This document shows, piece after piece, positions 1 through 8,568 of a stretch of 41,621 nt of DNA. The notes under the pieces are model-generated. The model did not search any database and was not told where the DNA came from. It saw only the letters and a program-made list of their open reading frames with translations. Where the stretch lies: positions 1 through 41,621 of the forward strand of contig DATBQN010000028.1 in NCBI GenBank assembly GCA_036560825.1, given 5' to 3'. Source of the stretch: Thermoanaerobaculia bacterium. Lineage in GTDB: Bacteria; Acidobacteriota; Thermoanaerobaculia; Multivoradales; UBA5704. Made by a program: the position numbers and the translations under genes. Every line of letters starts with the position of its first letter. The stretch's first letter is position 1.

Positions 1-160
1 TGAGCTGCGCCTCGACCCTCGCCTGGCCCGCCTTGCCGATCGCCACGACGCAGATCACCGCGGCGATGCCGATGGCGATGCCCAGCACGGTGAGCAGGCT
101 GCGCAGCTTGTTTCTGACCAGCGCCCAGACCGCGGACGCCAAGAGGCCTGCGTAGTTCAA
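1..160 (-). CDS. ABC transporter permease, MacB/FtsX family (N-terminal ~53 codons only; gene runs off the left edge)
   Basis: Reverse-strand translation from TTG at 160 gives (M)NYAGLLASAVWALVRNKLRSLLTVLGIAIGIAAVICVVAIGKAGQARVEAQL. This has the RNKLRS..LGI.IG.AAV first-TM signature typical of MacB-type permeases. A purine-rich GGAGGG/GGAG tract lies just upstream (163-174). The ORF is truncated, so it is absent from the ORF track. Confidence 0.6.
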   Translation of the reverse strand, partial: MNYAGLLASAVWALVRNKLRSLLTVLGIAIGIAAVICVVAIGKAGQARVEAQL

Positions 161-247
161 CGCTCCATCCCTCCGGCCGCACGAGCGCGAGGGAGTCTAC
201 GCCAGCTCGATGGCCGAGCGGGAACGGCCTCCTGCTAGCCTTAGGGC

Positions 248-1504
248 ATGCGCCGCGCCAATATCGCAGTCAGCGCCGCCCTGGCGACCGTCCTGCTCGC
301 CTCCCTCGCCGGCACATCTCCGCTGCACGCCGCGGCGAGCGCGTGGACCGTCAACGGGCCGTCGCGCCTCCGTCTGGTGACCCCCTACCGCGCGGCCCCT
401 GCGGCGGGCGAGGCGCGGCTCGGGGTGGAGTTCCGCACCGAGCCCGGCTGGCACGTCTACTGGAAGAACAGCGGCGACGCCGGCTACCCGCCGACGGTGC
501 GCTGGAGCGGAGACGGGCTCGCCAAGGGCTCCGTGCCGGAGCTCCTCTGGCCCGCGCCGGAACGCTTCGACCTCCCCGGCGGGCTCGTCGCCTTCGGCTA
601 CGAGGGCGAGGCGATCTACCCGGTGCGCGCGAGGCTCGACGCCGGAGGCCGCGCCGCCGTCCATCTCGCCGCCGACGTCGACTACGTCGTCTGCCAGGTG
701 GAGTGCATCCCGTTCCGCAGCCAGCTCGCCCTCGACCAGCCGGTGGCGTCCGTTCCTGTCGCCGATCCCGAAACGGCCGCCGCGATCGACGCCTGGTGGC
801 GGCGGCTGCCGGCTCCCGTCGGCTCGCTCCCCGGCGCCTCGGCCGAGCTCCGCTATGACCCGGCCGGACCGGCGCTCGAGGTGGAGCTGCGCGGCGTGGC
901 CGCGGGCAGCGGCGCCGACCTCTTCTTCGAGCCGCAGGAGCTCTTCGACACCGCCCGGCCCCAGGCGCGGCCGCTCGCCGGCGGCATCGCCTTCCGGTTG
1001 CCGCTCGCGCGCCGGCAGGTGAACCGCCCGCTCCCCGCCGCCGCCGTCTTCGCCTGGACGGCGACCGGTCTACGGGGTCCGCAGGCCACCGCGATCGAAG
1101 GGCGCGCCGAGGTCGAGCTCGCCCCGCCGCTCGGGGCGAGAGGGCCGGCTGAATCGAGCGAGGTGGCGCGGCCGGTCTGGACGGCGGCTCTCGCCACCCT
1201 GGCGCTCCTCGCCGCTCTCGCCCTCTGGGGAATCCTCGCGCGGTCGCGAGGCGGGCTCGAGCGCGGCGCGCCGGCTCTCCGCCAGGGCCTCGGCTTCCTC
1301 GCCTTCGCGGGCGCCCTCGGCCTGCTCTACCGCCTGTCGCGCGAGGTCGCCGCGGAGCGGCTCGCCGAGATCGAGCTCGCCTTCCTGGGCATCGCCTTCC
1401 TCGCCTGGGCCAACCGCTCGGCTCGCGGCGTTAAACTCAGGTGGGCGCTCGCCGCGGCGCTGCTCGCCGTTGCGGTCGCCGTTCCCTGGCTGGCGATGAA
1501 ATGA
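248..1504 (+). CDS. Periplasmic DsbD N-terminal-domain-like protein with a Cys-free C-terminal multi-TM region
   Basis: ATG at 248. Signal peptide MRRANIAVSAALATVLLASLAG. The GWHVYWKNSGDAGYPP motif and the VCQVECIP Cys pair resemble the DsbD-alpha/DsbC-N fold family. The C-terminal ~120 aa form about 4 hydrophobic helices without cysteines. Confidence 0.65.
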   Translation: MRRANIAVSAALATVLLASLAGTSPLHAAASAWTVNGPSRLRLVTPYRAAPAAGEARLGVEFRTEPGWHVYWKNSGDAGYPPTVRWSGDGLAKGSVPELLWPAPERFDLPGGLVAFGYEGEAIYPVRARLDAGGRAAVHLAADVDYVVCQVECIPFRSQLALDQPVASVPVADPETAAAIDAWWRRLPAPVGSLPGASAELRYDPAGPALEVELRGVAAGSGADLFFEPQELFDTARPQARPLAGGIAFRLPLARRQVNRPLPAAAVFAWTATGLRGPQATAIEGRAEVELAPPLGARGPAESSEVARPVWTAALATLALLAALALWGILARSRGGLERGAPALRQGLGFLAFAGALGLLYRLSREVAAERLAEIELAFLGIAFLAWANRSARGVKLRWALAAALLAVAVAVPWLAMK

Positions 1505-1572
1505 AGACCACGGGTTCCGCACTCAAGACACGGGCGCCGCGCTGGCGCGCCGCCGCCCGAAGGAGGTCACCG

Positions 1573-2190
1573 ATGAACCGCCGACCGCTCGCTCTCCTCT
1601 CGCTCCTCGTCCTCGCCGCCGGCCTGGCGGCCGTCCTCGCCGTGACCCGGCCGGCCCGCGCCTCCGTCGCGGTGGGCCTGCCGGCGCCGCCGTTCGCGCT
1701 CAAAGGCGTCGACGGCAAGACCTACTCGCTCAAGGACTACCAGGGCAAGCTCGTGGTCCTCGAGTGGATCAACCCCGACTGCCCCTTCTCGCGCCGCCAC
1801 GCCGAGGAGAAGACGATGACGGAGCTCGCCGCGAGCCACCCCGACGTCGTCTGGCTGGCGATCAACAGCAGCAACCCCAGCAGCTCGAACTTCCTGCCGC
1901 CGGCCGAGCACCGCGCCTACGACCAGCAGCACGGCATCACCTATCCCGTGCTCTACGACGAGTCCGGCGCCGTGGGCCACGCCTACGGGGCGAGGACGAC
2001 GCCCCACATGTTCATCATCGACCGCCAGGGGAAGATCGCCTACGAGGGCGCCATCGACGACGATCCCGGCGGCCGCGAGCCGCGCGCCCGGCGCACCAAC
2101 TACGTCGAGAAGGGGCTCGCGGCCGAGGCCGCCGGAAGGGCGCCCGATCCGGCGCTCACCAAACCGTACGGCTGCAGTGTCAAGTACTGA
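1573..2190 (+). CDS. Thioredoxin-fold (redoxin/AhpC-TSA-like) secreted protein, monothiol CPFS variant
   Basis: ATG at 1573 is preceded by AGGAGG (1561-1566); the longer track ORF from 1441 is Arg-rich upstream extension. Signal peptide MNRRPLALLSLLVLAAGLAAV. Motifs WINPDCPFSRRH, TTPHMFIID and the C-terminal KPYGCSVKY are typical of the CNHCPYV...GCSIKW thioredoxin-like family. Confidence 0.75.
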   Translation: MNRRPLALLSLLVLAAGLAAVLAVTRPARASVAVGLPAPPFALKGVDGKTYSLKDYQGKLVVLEWINPDCPFSRRHAEEKTMTELAASHPDVVWLAINSSNPSSSNFLPPAEHRAYDQQHGITYPVLYDESGAVGHAYGARTTPHMFIIDRQGKIAYEGAIDDDPGGREPRARRTNYVEKGLAAEAAGRAPDPALTKPYGCSVKY

Positions 2191-2199
2191 GTAGACGCC

Positions 2200-2225
2200 C
2201 GGCCCGCTGAGGAAAAGGCGGGCCG
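2200..2225 (+). terminator. GC-rich hairpin after the thioredoxin-like gene (possible intrinsic terminator)
   Basis: cggcccgc (2200-2207) pairs with gcgggccg (2218-2225) as an 8-bp stem with a 10-nt loop, starting 10 nt after the stop codon. The downstream tract cgttcgtctct is only weakly T-rich. Confidence 0.35.
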
Positions 2226-2335
2226 CGTTCGTCTCTAACGAATGGGGGTCCGCTCTCCCCGCGGAGAAGGTGTGCCCGGCCGATCGCGCCGCGGACGCCG
2301 CGCCCGCGGCTCGGCCCCGACCGGAGGAGAAGCCG

Positions 2336-2665
2336 ATGGCCTACACGCGGGAAGGGATCATGGCCCAGATCATGGTAGCGTTCGGTCAGGGAACCGGAGC
2401 CACGCGCGTCTCGCAGGACGCCGCCATGCAGCTACGCACGCTCTACTTCGGGGCGATCACGGAGAAGATCGTCTCCGATCTGTGGGAGACCGAGGCGGTC
2501 CAGGCGCTCGAGCGGATACGCGCCATCGGCCGGCTCGCCGCCCACCGCGCCACCGAGGCCGGCGCCACCCGCATCAGCGCCGACGACGTCGCGGCCTCGG
2601 CGGGCCGGGTGCAGAAGACCTCCGAAACCGTCCTCTGCCCGCCGCCGTTCCCGCCGGCGCCCTGA
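2336..2665 (+). CDS. Small hypothetical protein (109 aa), possibly histone-fold-like
   Basis: ATG at 2336 has GGAGGAG 6 nt upstream (2323-2329). It ends 26 nt before the kinase gene. The segments ATRVSQDAAMQL and AGATRISADDVAASAGR resemble the L1/alpha2 and L2/alpha3 signatures of archaeal and bacterial histone-fold proteins (see findings). Confidence 0.6.
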   Translation: MAYTREGIMAQIMVAFGQGTGATRVSQDAAMQLRTLYFGAITEKIVSDLWETEAVQALERIRAIGRLAAHRATEAGATRISADDVAASAGRVQKTSETVLCPPPFPPAP

Positions 2666-2690
2666 CGCCGGCGCGGGAGCCGACATCCCC

Positions 2691-5315
2691 TTGGCGCAGC
2701 CTCCGCCCCCTCTCTCCTGGTCGCGGATCGCCATCTCGCTCTCCTGCGTCAAGGTGACCGCGGCGGTGGCCGTGATCGCCTGGGGCCTCGCCCATCCCCA
2801 TCCGGTTCCCCCGAAGGCCTTCCCGATCGGGGTCTACCTCATCATCCTCCTCGTCTACGGCGGCTGGGGCGCCTTCCTCCTCGTGGGCGGGCGCGGCGAC
2901 CCGCGGGCGCGCGCTCTCGCCGGCTTCAACCTGAGCCTCGCGGCCGGCTACACCAAGCCGCTGCGCTTCCTCGCGCCGCTGCTCGGTCCGCCCTGGACCG
3001 GCCCGCTCCTCGTCCTCGAAGCGCTCGCCGTCGACGCCTTCATCCCCTACTTCCTGTGGAGCTTCGCGCGCGACTTCCCCGCCCCGGCGCCCTCGGCGCG
3101 GGCGCGGCGGCGGCTCGCCCTGGCGACCCGCGCCGCCGGCTGGCTGGGGGTCGCCCTCCTCGCCGGCTTCGTGCCCTTCGCGGCGGCCGGCTACCGGATT
3201 CCCGCCTGGCTCCGCCCGCTCGACCCGCAGCACGTTTTCGACGCCCTGGTGATCCTCGCCACCGCCGCCGCCTTCGTGGCGCTCGCCGTCAAGGCGCGGC
3301 GCGCCCAGGGGGTGGCGCGCGGGCGGGCGAGGCTGTTCGTCGCCGCCTTCGTCGGCGGCTTCGCGCCGCTCGTGCTCATCGTCATCGTGAGCGCCTGCGC
3401 CTCCGGCTTCGATCCCTACGTCTACGCGCACCCGGGATTCCGGCGAGCCCTCTACGGCACCTCCTTCGTCCTCGCCTGGTTCGTCCCCGGGGTCACCGCC
3501 TACTCGGTGCTCGTCCACCGCGTCCTCTCCGTCCGCCTGGTCGCCAGGCAGGCCCTCCAGCACGCGCTCTTCCGCTACTCGACCCTCGCCGTCGCCTCGG
3601 TGCCGCTCGCGGCGCTCGGCGTCTACCTCGTCCTCCACCGCGAGGAGAGCATCGGATCCCTGTTCGCCGGCCGGCGCCTGTTCCTCCTCGGCGCGGCGGT
3701 GATCCTGGGGATCGCCGCCCTGCGCTATCGCGCCCGCCTGCTCGAGGCGATCGACCGCCGCTACTTCCGGGAGCAGTACGACGCGCGGCAGATCCTGACC
3801 CTCGTCGTCAAGCGCCTGCGCGGCACCCACAGCGTCTACGAGCTCGCCGAGCTCCTCTGCCGCTGCATCGACCAGACGCTCCATCTCGAGGCCATCGCGC
3901 TGCTGGTCGAGGACCGCCGCTCCGGCCACCTCGTCGCCCCCCTCTCCCGCGCCCGGCGGCTCGACACCTCCTCGCCGCTCGCCCAGATACTGGCGAGCGC
4001 GAGCGATCCGATCGCCGTCGATACCGACGACCCGGGCTCGCCGCTCGGCCGGCTCCCCGCCGCCGACCGCGGCTGGCTCGCCGAATCGGGCTTCCGGCTG
4101 CTGGTGCCGATCGTGGCGCGCGACGGCTCGCTCCTCGGCCTCCTCGGCCTGGGCGAGAAGAAGAGCCGCCTGCCGTTCCTCCGCGAGGACAGGAAGCTCC
4201 TCTACGACATCGCCTCCTGGGCGGCGCTCGGTCTCGAGCTCGAGCTCGACCACAGCTCGGGCACCTCCCACGGGCCCGGCGACGGGCCCTTCCCGGAGCC
4301 GGACCCGGCGCCGGCGGCCGAGCACGCCAAGGAGTGCCTCGCCTGCGGCACCCTCTTCCAGCCGTTCACCGTCTTCTGCGGCTCCTGCAGCCGCCGGCTC
4401 GAGCCCGCGCTGGTGCCCTATGTCATCCCCGGCCGCTTCCGCTTCGAGCGCCGGTTGGGAGTGGGCGGCATGGGCGTCGTCTACCGCGGCGCCGACCTCG
4501 CCCTCGGCCGCCCAGTGGCGGTCAAGACGCTGCGCCGCGTCTCCCCGGAGGACGCCATGCGCCTGCGCCGCGAGGCGCGGACGGCGGCGGGCGTCTCGCA
4601 CCCTCACCTCTCCGCGGTCCACGGCCTGGAGACCTGGCAGGGGACGCCGATGCTGATCCTCGAGCTGATGGAGGGCGGCACGCTGGCGCAGCGCATCGAG
4701 CGCGGACCGCTCGACCAGCGCGAGACGGTCGAGCTGGGGATCGCCATGGCGAGCGCGCTCGAGCACCTGCACGAGGCCGACATCCTCCACCGCGACATCA
4801 AGCCGAGCAACATCGGCTTCACCCGCGCCGGCGTCCCCAAGCTGATGGACTTCGGCATCGCCCGCCTCATGCTCGACCTCCGCCAGAGCTACGAGACGCA
4901 GCCGGAGGACGGCGAGCCGGAGGCCGCGAGACCGCGCGAGCGCGGCGCCTGGGACGGCACGGAGACCACCTCGGCGACCGTCTCGCGCCAGCTCGTGGGG
5001 ACGCTCTCCTACCTCTCCCCGGAGGCTCTCGACCGCGAGGCGCCGGGCGTCTCCTTCGACCTCTGGGCGCTCGCCATCGTGCTCTACGAGTGCGTGCTGG
5101 GACGGAAGATCTTCTCGTCGAGCGACGTCAAGCAGACCATGTCGCGCATCCGTCTCGGCCGCATCCCCGATTTCGAGCAGGCCTGCCCCTGGGGCGACCC
5201 CGCGCTCGGCGAGCTCTTCCGCAACGCCCTCCACCGCACCGCCGCCCGCCGCCCGGCCACCGCCGGCGAGCTGCGGCGGCGGCTGGAGGGCGTGCTGGCG
5301 CGGCTGAAAGCCTAG
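2691..5315 (+). CDS. Membrane-anchored Ser/Thr protein kinase (multi-TM sensor + GAF-like + zinc ribbon + Hanks kinase)
   Basis: Kinase motifs are LGVGGMGVVYRG, VAVK, HRDIKPSNIGF, DFGIAR and SYLSPE. A CLACG-x11-CGSC double-CxxC ribbon precedes the kinase. A GAF-like block contains LLVPIVARDGSLLGLLGLGEKK. About 8 hydrophobic helices lie at the N-terminus. The track start at 2691 is TTG, so the exact start is uncertain. Confidence 0.9.
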   Translation: MAQPPPPLSWSRIAISLSCVKVTAAVAVIAWGLAHPHPVPPKAFPIGVYLIILLVYGGWGAFLLVGGRGDPRARALAGFNLSLAAGYTKPLRFLAPLLGPPWTGPLLVLEALAVDAFIPYFLWSFARDFPAPAPSARARRRLALATRAAGWLGVALLAGFVPFAAAGYRIPAWLRPLDPQHVFDALVILATAAAFVALAVKARRAQGVARGRARLFVAAFVGGFAPLVLIVIVSACASGFDPYVYAHPGFRRALYGTSFVLAWFVPGVTAYSVLVHRVLSVRLVARQALQHALFRYSTLAVASVPLAALGVYLVLHREESIGSLFAGRRLFLLGAAVILGIAALRYRARLLEAIDRRYFREQYDARQILTLVVKRLRGTHSVYELAELLCRCIDQTLHLEAIALLVEDRRSGHLVAPLSRARRLDTSSPLAQILASASDPIAVDTDDPGSPLGRLPAADRGWLAESGFRLLVPIVARDGSLLGLLGLGEKKSRLPFLREDRKLLYDIASWAALGLELELDHSSGTSHGPGDGPFPEPDPAPAAEHAKECLACGTLFQPFTVFCGSCSRRLEPALVPYVIPGRFRFERRLGVGGMGVVYRGADLALGRPVAVKTLRRVSPEDAMRLRREARTAAGVSHPHLSAVHGLETWQGTPMLILELMEGGTLAQRIERGPLDQRETVELGIAMASALEHLHEADILHRDIKPSNIGFTRAGVPKLMDFGIARLMLDLRQSYETQPEDGEPEAARPRERGAWDGTETTSATVSRQLVGTLSYLSPEALDREAPGVSFDLWALAIVLYECVLGRKIFSSSDVKQTMSRIRLGRIPDFEQACPWGDPALGELFRNALHRTAARRPATAGELRRRLEGVLARLKA

Positions 5316-6466
5316 TCGGAGAGTCTTCCGGACGCCTTCCGCAGCACCGCGAGGAGCCTCTCGACGTCCGCCTCGGTGTTGTAGAGGTGCGGGGTGACGC
5401 GCAGCGCGTCGCCGCGCACGCTGACGAAGACCTTGGCCGCGGCGAGCTCTCCCGGCAGATCCGCGGGCAGACCGCGCGGGAACCGCAGGCCGAGATAGTG
5501 CGGCGCGCGCAGGCGGGAGGGCGCGGCGGCGAGGCCGAGGCTCGCGGCGCCCTCCACGATGCGCGCGGTGACGGCGCCGAGCGTGTCGCGGATCGCCGGC
5601 ACGGTCCAGGCGGCGATCTGCTCGAGCGCCGCGATCGCCATCGGCACCAGCGCGAAGCTCGAGCGCTCGCCGACGTCGAAGCGCCGCGCTCCCGGCTGGA
5701 AGCCCTCGCCATAGTCGACCAGCCGGGCGAAGTCCTCCGATCCCTCGCGGGCGATCCAGTTGTGCTCGAGCGGCCGGCCCTGCTGGCGGCGCGGGGCGAC
5801 GTAGAGGAAGCCCAGGCCGTAGGGGCCGAGCAGCCATTTGTAGGCGGCCGCGACGAGGAAGTCGGGATCGACCTCGCGGACGTCGAGCGGCAGCGCGCCG
5901 AGAGACTGCGTGGCGTCGACGGCGAGCGCCGCGCCGACCTCGCGCAGGCGCCGCCCCACGGCGGCGAGGTCGACGAGGCTGCCGTCGGTCCAATGGCAGC
6001 ACGGCAGCGCCGCCACGGCCGTGCGCTCGTCGATCTCGGCGAGGAGCGCCGGGGTCCAGTCGCCGTCCGGCGGACGGGAGACGGCGACGAGCTCGGCGCC
6101 GCGCTCGGCCGCGAGCTCGCGCCAGGAATAGACGTTCGAGGGGAACTGCTCGGCCAGCACGAGGATGCGGCCGCCCGGGCGCACCGGCAGGTTGGCGGCG
6201 GCCACCGCCACGCCGTAGCTCGCCGCCGGAACGATGGCGACGTCGTCCGCGCGCGCGCCGATCAAGCCGGCGAAGAGCGCCCGCGCCCGCTCCGATCCGG
6301 TGAAGAAATCGGCCGGCGCGAGCCGCCAGGGCGAGGACTTCCGCGCCACGCCCGCCTCGCCCGCGGCGCGGACGCTGCGCAGGAGCGGCGACATGTAGCC
6401 GCAGTTCAGGTAGGCGACGTCGTCGGGGATCTCGAAGAGCGGGCGCTGGCAGGGGATGAGCGGCAT
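5312..6466 (-). CDS. Class V aminotransferase-fold PLP enzyme (cysteine desulfurase/selenocysteine lyase-like)
   Basis: ATG at 6466, 2 nt after the stop of the upstream methyltransferase. AAAYKWLLGPYGLGFLYV is a PLP-lysine-type block, and the overall length and layout fit the AAT-V family. Confidence 0.75.
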   Translation of the reverse strand: MPLIPCQRPLFEIPDDVAYLNCGYMSPLLRSVRAAGEAGVARKSSPWRLAPADFFTGSERARALFAGLIGARADDVAIVPAASYGVAVAAANLPVRPGGRILVLAEQFPSNVYSWRELAAERGAELVAVSRPPDGDWTPALLAEIDERTAVAALPCCHWTDGSLVDLAAVGRRLREVGAALAVDATQSLGALPLDVREVDPDFLVAAAYKWLLGPYGLGFLYVAPRRQQGRPLEHNWIAREGSEDFARLVDYGEGFQPGARRFDVGERSSFALVPMAIAALEQIAAWTVPAIRDTLGAVTARIVEGAASLGLAAAPSRLRAPHYLGLRFPRGLPADLPGELAAAKVFVSVRGDALRVTPHLYNTEADVERLLAVLRKASGRLSD

Positions 6467-6468
6467 CG

Positions 6469-7191
6469 CTAGAACGGGCCGCCCATCTCGGTGATGAGCG
6501 GCTTGGTCTTGGCGGCGAGGCCGACGCCGTCGCCCAGGGGCAGGAGCACCGCGGCGAGCTGCGGATGGCTCATGAAGTAGGCGTTGAAGGCGCGGATGGC
6601 CTCGGTCTGCGGATCGTCGTCGGCCTCGTCGGACTCATCATCGCTGGGCGCCGCCACGCTCCCGCCCCAGAGGAGGTTGTCGACGACGACGAGGCCGCCG
6701 ACGCGGAGCTTGGGCAGCAGGAGGTCGAGCGTCCGCCGGTACTCGCGCTTGTCGCCGTCGAGGTAGGCGAGGTCGAGAGGACCCTCGACGCGAGCCAGCC
6801 GCTCGAGGGCCGCGCCCTCGAGGAGGTCGACGCGGTCGAGGACGCCGCCGCGCTCGAGGTAGCCGCGGGCGAGGGCGAGGCGCTCGGCGTCATGGTCGAC
6901 CGTGATCACCCGCGCCGCCGGAGCGCCGCGGGCCAGGCAGAGGGTGCCGTAGCCGATCGCCGTCCCGACCTCGACGATGCGTCCGCCTCCGCGGCCTCCA
7001 GCCCCGCCGGCGCCGCAGACGGCGCCGGCGAGCGCCTGGAGCAGCCGGCCGACCTCGGGGTCGGAGATCGGCACGCTCCGCTCGGCCCCGAGCGCCTCCA
7101 TCTCCTGGAGCAGCGCCTCGCGCGGCGGGAGCAGGCGGTCGAGGTAGGCCTCCTGGTCGGGATGGAGGATCTTGCCGAGGCCGTGCTTCAC
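6469..7191 (-). CDS. Class I SAM-dependent O-methyltransferase (caffeoyl-CoA OMT / YrrM-like)
   Basis: IVEVGTAIGYGTLCLA is SAM motif I. DLAYLDGDKREY and GGLVVVDNLLWGG are typical OMT family-3 blocks. The track start is GTG at 7191. Confidence 0.8.
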   Translation of the reverse strand: MKHGLGKILHPDQEAYLDRLLPPREALLQEMEALGAERSVPISDPEVGRLLQALAGAVCGAGGAGGRGGGRIVEVGTAIGYGTLCLARGAPAARVITVDHDAERLALARGYLERGGVLDRVDLLEGAALERLARVEGPLDLAYLDGDKREYRRTLDLLLPKLRVGGLVVVDNLLWGGSVAAPSDDESDEADDDPQTEAIRAFNAYFMSHPQLAAVLLPLGDGVGLAAKTKPLITEMGGPF

Positions 7192-7232
7192 GATCCGCCC
7201 TTCAATCCTCGGAGACCGTCAGGCGGCGGCGG

Positions 7233-8129
7233 TCAGGGCGACGGGCGAGCGGCGCTGCCGTCCGCGGGACCGGGCATCCAGGCGAGCGCGTCCAGGGCGA
7301 CGGAGCGCTCGGGCCGGCCGCCCGGCGAGACCATGGAGAAGTTGGGCTTGAGATGGATCTCGCAGACGCCGCCGTGCGCGCTGCCGTCGGCCGCCACCGG
7401 GATCTCGTGGCGGCCGGATCCCGAGAGGCCCGCCTCGGCGCCGCCGCAGCTCCCGTCGATGAGGACGGCCGGGGCGTTGGCGCCGTCGTCGAAGACCATC
7501 CGCTCGTTCCCCGCCTGGGCCTCCGGGATGGTGAGGACGAGCCAGACGCTCCCGGCGCCCGGCAGGTCGCGGAGCTCGATCGTCCCCTCGCCCTCGAGCC
7601 AGCGGCGGGCGAGGAACTGGCGATCGCTTCCCTTCTCGCTCGGCAGCCAGACGCCGCGGTAGGCGACGTGCGGTCCCGGGCTCCCGCCCGGCACCTCGAC
7701 CTCCGCCACCTGGTACTCGAACCGCGCGACCTTGGGGCCGGCCGCGAGCGGCCAGCGCATGCCCTTCGCGCCGTAGAGCCCGGCGGTCAGCCGGTAGTGG
7801 CCGGGGGCGAGCGGCGTGGCGAGCGCGGACTGGAAGAGCTTGAGGTCGTAGCTCACCGGCACCCCTTCCTGCCAGGCGCCGGGGAAGGGGTGGTCGAAGG
7901 TGCGGAGCACCCGGTCGTGGCGGTCGAGCAGGTGGACGAAGACGAAGGGCGGACCGCCGTCGCCCAGGGCGGAGATCGGCTGCCAGCTGACGTGGATGGA
8001 GCGCAGGTCGGGGAAGCCCAGATGGACGAGCCGGGGCTCGACGCTCAGCCGGGCGACGGCCGGCGGCTCCCCGCGGCAGCCGGCCAGGACGAGGGCGAGG
8101 ACCGCGACCGCGAGGATTTGGCGTCGCAT
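7233..8129 (-). CDS. Hypothetical lipoprotein
   Basis: I prefer ATG at 8129, giving MRRQILAVAVLALVLAGC with a lipobox (LAGC); the track ORF extends to TTG at 8168. I recognise no domain. Confidence 0.6.
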   Translation of the reverse strand: MRRQILAVAVLALVLAGCRGEPPAVARLSVEPRLVHLGFPDLRSIHVSWQPISALGDGGPPFVFVHLLDRHDRVLRTFDHPFPGAWQEGVPVSYDLKLFQSALATPLAPGHYRLTAGLYGAKGMRWPLAAGPKVARFEYQVAEVEVPGGSPGPHVAYRGVWLPSEKGSDRQFLARRWLEGEGTIELRDLPGAGSVWLVLTIPEAQAGNERMVFDDGANAPAVLIDGSCGGAEAGLSGSGRHEIPVAADGSAHGGVCEIHLKPNFSMVSPGGRPERSVALDALAWMPGPADGSAARPSP

Positions 8130-8187
8130 CGGTGGAGAGAAGCTAGCTACCCGGTGACCGGCTGTCAAGGTAGCGCGCTCACGGGGC

Positions 8188-8568
8188 TCACGGGCGATAG
8201 GTCGCCGAGGAGTCCGCGCCTTCCCATACCGTCACCTCGGTGAGGCCCACCTCGCCCAGATGGTCGGCGAGGGCCTCGGCGAGCTGCTGGTGGAACCAGG
8301 CGGCGAGCCGCTCGCTCGTGGGGCTCACCCGATCGAAGGGCGGCACGGTGTTGATGTCGCGGTGGTCGAAGCGCGAGACGAGGTCGCGGAGGGCGCCGTG
8401 GACGACGACGAAGTCGAATCCCATCCCCTCGGCGTCGAGCGCATCGGTCGCCAGGGCGACCTCGACCTGCCAGGAGTGCCCGTGGCTCGGCTCCGGCGCG
8501 CCGCGATAGGAGGTCAGGTGGTGCGCCGCCTCGAAGCGGTCGCGCACGCGGAGGAGGTAGCTAGGCAA
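8188..8568 (-). CDS. queD: 6-carboxytetrahydropterin/6-pyruvoyl-tetrahydropterin synthase family (QueD-like), Cys-less
   Basis: Family layout is visible in RFEAAHHL...SHGHSWQVEV...FDHRDIN...TVWEG...SATY (zinc His triad plus a DH pair). The TTG start at 8568 overlaps the udk stop by 8 nt. The protein contains no cysteine (see findings). Confidence 0.75.
   Translation of the reverse strand: MPSYLLRVRDRFEAAHHLTSYRGAPEPSHGHSWQVEVALATDALDAEGMGFDFVVVHGALRDLVSRFDHRDINTVPPFDRVSPTSERLAAWFHQQLAEALADHLGEVGLTEVTVWEGADSSATYRP

Noticed and set aside
2574-6472. Two ORFs of more than 1100 aa (2574..6002 minus, 3056..6472 plus) overlapping the kinase and aminotransferase genes
   Set aside because: Their products are Arg/Ala/Gly/Pro-rich and low in complexity with no motifs. 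They lie in alternative frames of genes with clear family signatures, which is the classic stop-codon depletion of high-GC DNA.
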